DNA of 64,000 nt, from IMG/VR virus record IMGVR_UViG_3300027759_003166; one strand, written 5' to 3'. This DNA comes from a virus. Taxonomy: Duplodnaviria; Caudoviricetes. Below, one piece after another: positions 10,401 to 22,400 of this stretch. The position numbers and the translations under genes were made by a program. The stretch's first letter is position 1; the number at the start of each line of letters is the position of its first letter. Under the pieces are notes generated by a model that ran no database searches, had not been told where the DNA came from, and saw nothing but the letters and a program-made list of their open reading frames with translations.

Positions 10401-13400
10401 GGGAAATGCTAGGTCATGCAAGTAAACCTACATGGTGGGATGACAACTATAATTGGATAAACCCCACAAAACGAGCTGCACTAATAAATGCAGTTGAATT
10501 AGGAATTGTTAATCCAACTACCACTGAACCGCTTATTGATAATAATTATGCTCGTCCAGGATTTGACTCTATTGTTCCAGTTGATACATCGGGTATGTTA
10601 TTGCCACCTTCTGAATTTTTAGCATCTGAAAACAGTTACAATGACAAAATAGCTGATTGGAAATTTGGAGATCAAGGTCCTGCAGAAACCGCCTGGAGAA
10701 AAAGTAGCTATTGGCCATTTGCATTAAATGCAGCAGCCGCACTACTAGATCCTTGTGGTTATTCATCCTCAATGTTTGATACAAGTAGAACGTCCTTGAA
10801 TAGTAATACAAGTCAATTAACTTATTTAGAAGATGATTTATATTTAAATCCTAATAAGATGGTATTAGAAGGACAATCTAATGCACAAACAGCAGGGTAT
10901 GGTGTATATGTAGTTGAGGTGGGATTACAGAAAGATCTGCATTATCTTGATAAACTTCAAGACGATTTAACTTATATTAATTTTAATTTATTTCATAAGT
11001 TAGGAGGATTTGTCAGCAAAGATAAATTACAGATTGTAATTGATTCTATTGATCCAATATCTCAAGCTCCTGGTGCAATACTTCCTCCAGAAGATTACAC
11101 ACTGCTATTGAATACCAGTAATCCTATTAAATCTTCTAGTATATCTGGAGTAATAATTCAAAAATCTAATGGTAATTTTGTAATCAAGGGTTACGATAAA
11201 GTTAATCCATATTTTGAAATATTATCACCTATTAAAACATTAGCAGGAGTAACATTAACTGTTGGCGGAAAATCTGAAGTATTTACAGAGTGGACAGGGG
11301 TGTCAGGGTCCTCTGGTCTTGGTGCAATTGATACTACTGCACCTGGCAATTCAGTTACTACACATTATTATAAGCAAGGACAAATTGTAAGTTATAATGG
11401 AAAATATTATAGAGTTAAAATTGGGCATACAACACAGTCCACATTTGATCCTGCATTATTTTATCAGTTACCATCGTTGCCTATGGTAGGCGGATCATCT
11501 GTGGTACGGTCGTCAAAGTTTGAAAATCAAGTAACTAAGATTCCTTACGGTACTAATTTTTCTACTATACAAGAAGTATACGACATGTTATTGGGATATG
11601 GTGCATATCTAGAAAAGCAAGGATTTATATTTGATGAGTATAATTCTGATCTAGGAGAAATAGTTGATTGGAATTTTACTGGCAAGGAGTTTCTATATTG
11701 GACCACTCAAAATTGGGCCGATGGAAATTTAATTACACTAAGTCCGTTTTCTGATTATTTAAAATATTCATTTACTGATTCTGTGGTTGATAATATATCA
11801 ACAGGCAAGTATGAATATAGTTTGTTAAAGGCTGACGGAAAATCATTTCCAATTAATAAATTTACTCTTTCTCGAGAAGATGGTGTATGTACCGTTAAAA
11901 CAATTGATACACTTGACGGTATATTCTTTGCCACATTAAATTCTGTACAAAAAGAACATGGAATGGTTATTAAGAATAAGACAATTTTTAATGATACCAT
12001 TTATGATATTGAAACAGGTTATAAACAACGTCGAATCAAATTATCAGGTTTTAGAACTTTAGGGTGGAATGGAGATCTATCTAGCCCTGGGTTTATATAT
12101 GATAATGTTGATATTACAGATTGGATCGCCAATGGTAAATATCTTCCAGGAAATGTTGTAAGATATAATGGGTCTTATTACGAAGCAGACGCAAAAATTA
12201 TAAATGATTCTAAATTTGATTTTACAAAATGGATAAAATTAAATAAAAAACCTGAATCTAATTTATTAACTAATTTTGATTATAAAATTAATCAATTTGA
12301 AGATTTTTATAGTTTAGACATTGATAATTTTGATGCCACACAACAACAATTGGCACAACATCTTATTGGCTATACTCCAAGAACGTTTTTAAATAACATC
12401 TTTACAAATAATATTAGTCAGTATAAATTCTATCAAGGATTTATTAAAGAAAAAGGTACCAAGAACGCAATTGATAAAATATCCAAAGTTGGAAAATTTG
12501 CACGTCAAGGCGACATCACGTTCAACGAAGAATGGGCATTTCGATTAGGAAGTTACGGCAGCTTTGGAACATATAACGAATTAGAATTTACTCTTGATGA
12601 AGGGAGTTCTTCAGAAAACCCATTTGTAATTAAATTTGCAGATAGTAAAGATACCAATCCGTTAATTAATTATATATTACCATCCAATTTATTAATATCA
12701 CCAGACACTTACATACCGTCATCAACATTTACTATATATCCTAGTACGTTTTCAGATAGTAATATAAAATTACCCACAGCTGGATATGTAAGATCCGACG
12801 ACGTCACTGCTACTGCCTATAACAAAAACAGTTTATTAGATATTGCTAATAATTCTTTAATACAAGAAGGAAATACATTTTGGTTAGGATTTTTAGATAA
12901 CGGTGATTGGAATGTTTATCGATATACTGAAATGACTGCAAGGATTGCTGGTGTATTTGTAAGCTCACCAGCAGTTAGTATTACATTTACTACAGATATA
13001 AATCATAATTTATCCGTAGGCGATATTGTATCTATAGTTAATTTTAACAATCAAGTTAATGGTATACATATCATCACAGATATTTCCAGGCTAGATCAAT
13101 TTACAGTATCATCTGATTTAACCACAATTATCAATTCTGATTTATTAACCAATGGGTTATTATTTAAATTTGAAAAAGCTAGATATAATAATTTTGCAGA
13201 ATTATCTGACAATGCAGTGTTATCAACTTTAAAAAATGGAGAGAAAATTTGGGTCGATAACGGAAGCAACGGTAAATGGCAAGTATATGAAAAAATACAA
13301 AATTATACCACAGGGTTTGTTGAGGCTGCAACTACTTCTGTAACAGCTCAAAGATTAGGCGAGTCTATATTTACTCTTGAGAATAGTAGTATTTTATTAA

Positions 13401-16400
13401 TGTCTGCGCCCGGCAAATTTACCAATGCTCCTATATATGGAAATGTTGGCGTATATTTAAAAAATAATAATCAACTAATAAAACAATTTGATTATACATT
13501 AAACAACCATTCTAAAATTTATTGTCAAACTGATTCTGAAAATGATTTTGGATTGTCTTTATCAATTGATGTCAACAAGGGATTATTGTTTGCAGGTGCA
13601 CCTGCTGCAAGTAATATTGTAATCCCAAGTGCAAACACCAATACAACAGGTATTGCAATTTTCAGTGACGGCTCTGGTATAACAAAAACATTTGCACAAG
13701 AAGGTATTGTAAAAATTAGCAGTACTAATAAAAACTTTATTCAAGAGACTACTGAAAAAGTTTTAGTACATCCTTATGCTACTACTTCTACAACTGCTGC
13801 CTATTCAAGATTTGGCCATTCAATATATAATAGTCAACCTAGTTCAAATACAAGTACACTTTTATTAGTAGGAGCACCTGGTAGTATTAATAGTGATAAT
13901 ACATATACTGGAAGAGTATATGCCTATAATGTATTAAGAGAACAATATTATAATGCAACTAAAGCCCAAGTAATATATGCACTTGCTGCTAGTTCATTGG
14001 CTCCTTTATTTTATGGAGAAGTAACTATCACAAATTGGATGGTTGCAGGCATTGATCAACTTGAGCAGTTTTATTATGAATATAGATTAGTAAATCCAGT
14101 AGACGCAGCAGCGTGGGATGCAGATAGAGCAGCAGATAACGTTGGAATTAAAAATACAAGAATAGAAGTTATTGCTGCATATCAAAATAATATATTGGCA
14201 GAATTATATCCAAGCGAAGACAACATTAGATATTGGATGATTAATGGGATTGGACCAGATAGTAGAATTTTTAATGAGTCAGTAATAGCTTATCGAAGTA
14301 CACATCCTACAGATGCAGACAGAATTGATTCAGAAAGAGTTGCGGCAGAAAATTCAAATATACCAGCTACCAAGATTTCTGGACACCCTTCAGGTATAAC
14401 TCTTAAATCTGTTGTTTCTTTAAATGCAGGTAGTCAGTTTGGACATAGCATATCTGGAGATTCTAACGGTAGTATAATAGCTGTTGGTGCTCCTTATTAT
14501 ATTAATACAATAAGCAATACAACTGGTGTTATACAACTTTATGACAAAAATCTTCATTGGTTTCAAAGTATACCATCGCCGTTTATAGGACATGAAGCAT
14601 TTGGTGAAAATGTTGTAATATCTTCCGATGGGACGTATCTTGTAGCATCATCTCCTGAGATAAGAGGAACTACTAATGGTACAAAAGGAAGAGTGGCAAT
14701 TTATAGATTATCTGGAACAGGTATCAGAATACAGGCAAGTCGTGCATCAGTAATACTTGCTTATGCTTCAAATTTACTTGCTCCATTGTACCCTAGTGAG
14801 TTAGATATACATATATGGACAGTAGTAGGTCTTGATAGTTTTGATTCTACAATTGATAGCAATAGGGCAGCTAGCCCTGCTGCTGCCGCAGCAATAGATA
14901 AAGAAAGAGCAGCCGATTCTCTTGGAATGTTGGCATCTAGAGCTGACGTTATTATTGCATATCAAACTAATGTTGAGGCTCCTTTATATCCTACGGAAGC
15001 TGAAATAAGATATTGGATGGCAACAGGGTTAGGTACAGGAACAAATGGATTTGCCGCAGAAATTACTTATAATAATTCAACAAATCCCTCAGCTTATGCA
15101 GCAAATCTTGCTCAGAGAATAACCCTTGCTACACCATCGCCATATCTATCAACACGTTTTGAAGTAATAAATGCTTATGCTTCAAATTTACGTGCCGAAG
15201 TAAATCCTAGTAACGGTGATATCTTATCCTGGATGACGTCCGGTCTTGGAACAAATAATATTACTTTCAATACTGATGTAGAATCTCGAAGAACTTCTAA
15301 TCCATCATTGGCTACCTCTATTGATGCAGCGAGAGCTGCGGATGCAGTAGGCACAAGTGGAGCACCAATAAGGTCTAGCAGAGCAGCAGTAATAGCTGCT
15401 TATCAAGGTAATCTTGATGCTAATCCGTATCCAACTGAGCAAGAAATAAGATATTGGATGTCAGTAGGACTAGGATATTTGGTTGCAACAAACAATCCAT
15501 TGGGTGCATTCAACGCTGCTGTAACACGTGATAACGCACTTTATCCTGACATATATCTATCATGGCTTCAAGCTCGCGCTGCGGATTATCCAAAAGCATC
15601 TAGAGGACAAGTAATATTAGCCTATGCATCAAATTTATTAACTGAATTATATCCTAATGAAACAGCAATAAATTATTGGATGGTCCAAGGACTTACTAAT
15701 TTTGATAGTTCAAATAATACAAACAGAGCCAATGATCCGGCATTGGCTGCTGCTATTGATATGGCCAGGGCAGCAGATGCAATTAACATAAAATCATCAA
15801 GAGCTGCTGTTATTTCTGCATATCAAACAAACGTGGATGCTCCTTTCTATCCTACAGAGAAACAAATAAGACGTTGGATGATTGCCGGACTAGATAGTAG
15901 TAGTTTTACAATTTTTAATGAAACAATTACTGCTAATAATTTAAGTAATCCTACCAATGCTGCAATATATCGTAATCAACGATTAGAAGCATTGCCGTCT
16001 GTGGATTTTACATATGATCTTTATCAGGTTATTGACAATCCATTAAAAAATAATGATTTAAAATTTGGTAAATCTATAGCCATTAGTGACAATAGTAACA
16101 AATTAGCCATAGGTGCAGTAGGCGTTAATGGTCCTATTCCATTAAAATTTGATATAAATTTTAAAGATGGTGAAACTACTTTTGATCAAGGTACTACTAA
16201 CTTTAGTTCGTTTGCAGAAGATTCCGGAACTGTATTTCTTTACTATAATATAGATGGATCGTTTGTTCAATCAGAAAATATTACAGACCCTTCACCGATA
16301 GCCGGGGATAAATTTGGTTATTCTGTGGCTGTTACTAACAATAATACATTTGTAGGGGCTCCATCAATATCAGGAGTTTCAAAGTTTTATCAGTTTAATA

Positions 16401-19400
16401 AAGCAGATACATCTATTAACGGTTTAAAACTTTTAAGAGAACAACCTGATCTTGTAGACGTTTCAACTATTGATAGAGTAGCATTAATAGATTCTTTTAA
16501 AGAAGAAGTAATAGAGTATCTAGACGTTATTGATCCATTAAAAGGAAAGATTGCAGGAATTGCTGAACAAGAATTAAAATACAAATCATCATTTGATCCT
16601 GCTGTATATTCGATTGGAAATTTAACTGCGGTAGTTGACAGTAATACAAGTTGGATCGATGATCACGTTGGTGAATTATGGTGGGATATAAGCACCGCAA
16701 AATATCAATGTTATGAGCAAGGTGATGAAATATTCAGAAAAAATAACTGGGGTAAATTATTCCCAGGTGCAACTATTGATGTCTATGAGTGGGTTAAATC
16801 TGATCTATTGCCCAGTGAATGGGCATCACAAGCAGATACCAATGATGGATTAACAAAAGGTATTAGTGGACAACCAAAATATCCTGACAACAGTATTCTT
16901 TCTGTAAAACAATTGTTTAATAATGTAACAAGATCATTTGAAAATGTTTATTTCTTTTGGGTAAAGAATAAAGTAAATGTTCCTGAAGCAAATAATAATA
17001 GAAGAATAAGCAGTTATCAGGTTGCTAGCATTATTGCAGATCCAATTGCCAACGGTTTAAAATTTGTTGAGATATTATCTAAAGATTCAGTAGCATTTGC
17101 TAATGTACAATCTATGTTAATAAGTGATAGAATTAATGCAAATATTGCTATTAATTCTAATAAGAGTGAAATACCAAGACATACCGAATGGGAACTAATA
17201 GCAGAGGGTAATGAAAATAATATGCCACCTCCTCTGTTGGAGAAAAAACTAATAGATAGTTTATTAGGGCATGATCAATTGGGTAATAATGTTCCTGCAA
17301 TTAATACAACATATAGAAATAGATATGGAATTGGTATTCGACCTCAACAAACATTATTTAAAGATAGAATAGAAGCATTGAGAAATCAAATTGCATTTGC
17401 TAATTCTGTTTTAATAAAAGAACAATTAACAGGTAACTACAATTTTAATAATCTAAATAGTTACGATACAATCTCAGATGCATTTTATAGAGAGTATGAC
17501 ATAGTAGTTGATTCGCTATCAACCATTGATACTCTTTTATTTGAACAAGCAACAATAAAATGTTTTGTTAACAATGGTAAAATAATATCTGTAGAAATAA
17601 TTAAACCAGGCTTTGGATATCTATTAGCACCGTTGGTGACTATAAATTCAACAGCAGGAGAAGAAGCAGAACTTCTAACAGAAATAAACAGCAACGGAGA
17701 AATTATAAATGTTACAATATCTAATGCTGGATACGGTTATGTTAATGCTCCTACATTAATTGTTCGTCCTCACACTGCTATCATTAGATCGGATAGCAAT
17801 TATAACGGCCGTTGGACTAAACATATATTTGACTATATCTATAAAAAATGGAATAGAGTTGGAAATCAAAAATATGATACAAGATTATATTGGCAATATA
17901 CCGATTGGATAAAAGACAGCTATAGTAAATTTAAAGACTATAGATATAGCATTGATGCTACTTATGAAATTGATACATTATCTAATGTATCCGTTGGAGA
18001 CTATGTACGAATTAAAAATATAGGCGATGGCAGATACGCTATTATTGAAAAATTAGCCGATACAGAAATTGGTGACTTTTCTAAATCATACAATTTTGTT
18101 TATATAGAAAAAGGAACAATACAAATAAAAGATTCAATATGGAATTTTTCTAATATAAATGTTTCTTATGATTCATCTACTTTAGAAGATACATTATATG
18201 ATCAAGTGCCTGATTTAGAATTATATCATATATTGCTGGCATTAAAGGATGATATCTTTATTGGCAATCTTAAAGTCAATTGGAATTTGTTCTTTTTCAA
18301 AGCAGTAAAGTATGCATTAACAGAGCAAAAAATATTAGATTGGGCATTTAAAACTTCGTTCATTGATGTATATAATTCAATTGGTAATTTAGATCAGCGT
18401 CCGGTATATAAACTTGACAACGAAAAATATTTTGAAAATTATATTGAAGAAGTTAAACCTTATCACACCAACATAAGAAGATTTACTTCTAAATATTCAT
18501 CTGTAGAAGAAACTTCAACTCTTTCTTTTACTGATTTTGATGTACCATCAGCTTCTTGGACTGCTGCTCATAGTTATTGCGTTGGTAATATTATAGTTGC
18601 AGATCCTGGTACTTTATATACTCAGAAACCGACAATTACAATATCCGGTGGCGGCGCCAATGTTACTCCTGCTACCGCAGAAGCCTACATTAGAAGCGGC
18701 GTCGTCTATCAAATACTTGTAACAGATCCTGGAGCAGGATATACTGAAACTCCAACAATTACAATATCGGGTGGCGGTCCTTATGTTACTTCCACTGCAT
18801 CTGTTTCAGTCTCATTATTGAATTTAACCACAAGAAAAAATATTATAGGATTAAAATTTGATAGAGTTAGTGCAGTATCTGAAATAGGCAATGTAGATGT
18901 CACTGAAGAATTTATATGTTCAGGAAAAGATACAAAATTTGTATTGTCTGTTTTAGCCGACCGTAATAAATTAAATATTATTCCAAGTCTTGATGGACAA
19001 TTGGTATTGTCAACTGATTATACAATAGAATATTACTCTGAAGAAAATAATGGATATACAAAACATTATTCAAGATTTGTATTTTTAAATTATGTTCCTA
19101 AAGAAACTCAGGTATTTAAAATAACATATAAAAAGAATATTAATTTATATACCGCAGTTGATAGAATAGAAAATCTATACACAGCCACTGACTCAATTTC
19201 GTCATTAATGAATGGAGTTGTTTATCCAGGTAATGTTATACAAGGATTACCGTTTGATTATTCTCCAGCTTGGGATACTGTTTCTGGATTAGGAAAATAC
19301 GACCCAATAAACTCAGGATGGAGTGATAGTGTTGGATACTATGCATCTGCAAAAATAGTAAGTTCAGTAGCAGCAGGCGATACAACAATCTATCTTAATA

Positions 19401-22400
19401 CAACTACCGACATTGTTGTTGGACAAATAATTAGTCTATTAAATTCTCCAACTTCAAATCTACGCAAAGATACAGTTGTTAATTCTGTTAACTCTTTGAA
19501 TAATTCTATTACAATAAGTCAAACTTATTACGCAATTAAATCTGTTAGAGCAACATCAACAAATATTAATTCTGATATTGTTGTTATAACCGTTGTTCCG
19601 TTTAATGGAGCAATTGTAGTTGGGGATTTGATTTCACTAGATGGAATTGAGAAAACTGAATTTAATGGAATATATTATATTTCAAGTATTACAGATAAAA
19701 ATAAGTTTATTGTAAAATCTAATTCAGTATTATCAACTACAGCAACAGTACTTACATATGGTGAAGCAAGCATTACAATATCTTCTATGCTAGGTAGCAT
19801 TGACACAGATAGTGTATTACTAGATCATATATCTGAAACATTTATTCCTGATGATAATAATCATATAGAAGTTGATATAATGTTGCAGTATGATGATATT
19901 ACTAAAATTGAAATATTTAAAGACGGCGAAACTTTGCCAATGCTTACTGGAATTCCAATTGTAGGACCATATCCTACCAGTGAATATTATCATATAACAA
20001 AAAATGTAATTACTGGTGGTGCTATAGTAAACTTCTATCAAATGACCAGCAATAGTTATGATTTAGATTTCTACTCGTATACCAATCCAAAACTTGAATT
20101 CTGGAAAACTGATGTATTATCTGCAAGATTAGATTCTGTATTACCTGGTGGCTCCGTTAACTGGGGTAATTTTGCCGGAGGACTAGGCGTTCGATATGGA
20201 ACAGTTTTACCCGAAGAAGGCACCAATTCTATAATTATAGATGGCGATTCATTCTTAAATGAAAGATCAGGATATGCACCTGATGAATGTGTAGCTGGAC
20301 ACGTATTAGATAGCTTAGGTATTAATGTTTATACCAAAGCTGAAAATTCTTATCCTACTGTTATAACTGGCTCATTCCCTGTAAAAAAAGGAACACTAAC
20401 TGCTTATGAATTAAGTGTACCCGAAACAGAGTATGCAGGCATAATGGTTAATTTTAATGGAAAAATATTTGATAGAGTTGATAATGCTACCCAATTTACA
20501 AATTCTCATCAATATTATATGATTGGGAATACAATCCATCTTCCACTACAATCTGTATCTGGAACAGCTGGATATACAATGGTTTCTATAGGTGGTAATT
20601 ATTCTTTACTCGATAGCAATATTGAAGGAGTATCTGGTGTTACATCTGCTACTGTAATAAGTTTGTTGTCAAGTATCAACGATGTTGTTATGGCTTATGT
20701 ATTAGTCGACGGTCATGAAATTTCTCAAGATACTCCAGAATCAGGTGATACAAAATATTATAAATTAACTGCTTATAGTAATAAAAATAATAGAGCAAGT
20801 GTACAAGTTTATGGTATTGATACTAATTCACATACCATTGAGGCTTGGTTCTTCCAATCTAAATATACAAAATTTAATAGGTTACACGAAGAATCACAAG
20901 ACGGATCAGCTTCCCAATCAATGTTTACTCTTTCTTTTGTACCAGGAAATATTGAGCCAGTAAGCGCTCAAGTAATAGTTGAAATAGATGATGGCAGCTC
21001 AGGAAGAAGAAGATTATCACCACCTTGGGTTAGTTATTATCAAATTAAAGATGCTCAACTAACATTTGCAATTGATAGTAAGAATTTATCACGTACATAT
21101 ACTGCTGGTCAAGTAATGGTATATGCAAATGGAATAGAATTGCGTCCTGGATTTGATTATACATTTAATGATATTGATAGTACAGTAACAATCATTTCTG
21201 GACTACTGAGTATAGGTGATGTTATTGCAGTAGTAGGATTAATTGATTATGACTATATTGTAGTTGGTAATATATTACAGTTAACAAACCCACCTGTTAG
21301 TACTTTTAATTTAAAAATTATATCATTTACTGATCATGATAAAATGTTAATTAGAACAGAAAGATTTAACGGAACAATTGCTCGACGTTATACACTATCT
21401 TTCTCTGTATTGTCTGATAATTACGTTTGGGTATATGTTGATGGAATTTCATTAACTGCTAGAACAGAGTTTGAAATTCTTGATGACATGAAAACTATTC
21501 AGATAAGTGATTTGATTGATGTTTCCCCAAGTTCAAAAATAACAATTACCACAGTTAATCCACAATCTTATAACAATCAAATTATTGGATTTAGAATGTT
21601 TAATGATATTTTTGATAGACATCATTATAAGAGACTATCAAAATTTCATAGCACAACGTTGTTACGTGCATTAAGACATACTGATAATGAAATTTATCTA
21701 ACTGATGGCAATGGAATAATTCCGCCTAATCCATTAACTAACAATCCTGGTATTGTTATAATTGATGGTGAGCGTATTGAATTTGCAGAAAAAGATGGAA
21801 ATACTTTAAGAGGTCTAAGAAGAAGTAGTCTAGGAACTGGGCCTGCCACTTATTCAGCAGTTGGAACACAAGTAATAGATCAAAGTTCACAACAAACAAT
21901 ACCTTATCTTGATACAATATTAGTACAGTCGACCTCTACTACAAGTACAACCTACATTATTAGTACAGTAACTACTACCGCTACAGGTGCCGGAATTGTT
22001 TTAGATCCAAATATTGATGCTGTAAATCAGGTTACTGTATATTACGGCGGCCGTCAATTACGTAAAACATCTTTGGTTGTTCATGATAAGTTCTATGACA
22101 AACCTGTATATAATCCAGACCCTAGAACAGCATATATTTTGATTTTTGGGCAATCTAATATAGCTAATTACGGCGAACATACAGATAGTTACACACCCAA
22201 TGATAAAGTAAAACGTCTTGATATAAATGGTAATTGGGAACTTGCTGTATCGCCAGGCGGTCCTAACAGATTGGCCACAGGATATAATTGGAGCACTGGC
22301 TCATCAGTAGATATACCAGGAGGACCATCCGGAGGCAACATGGATGGAAGAATTGGTGATACTCTTCTTCAGAGTGGAAAGTATGACAAAGTTTACATTG

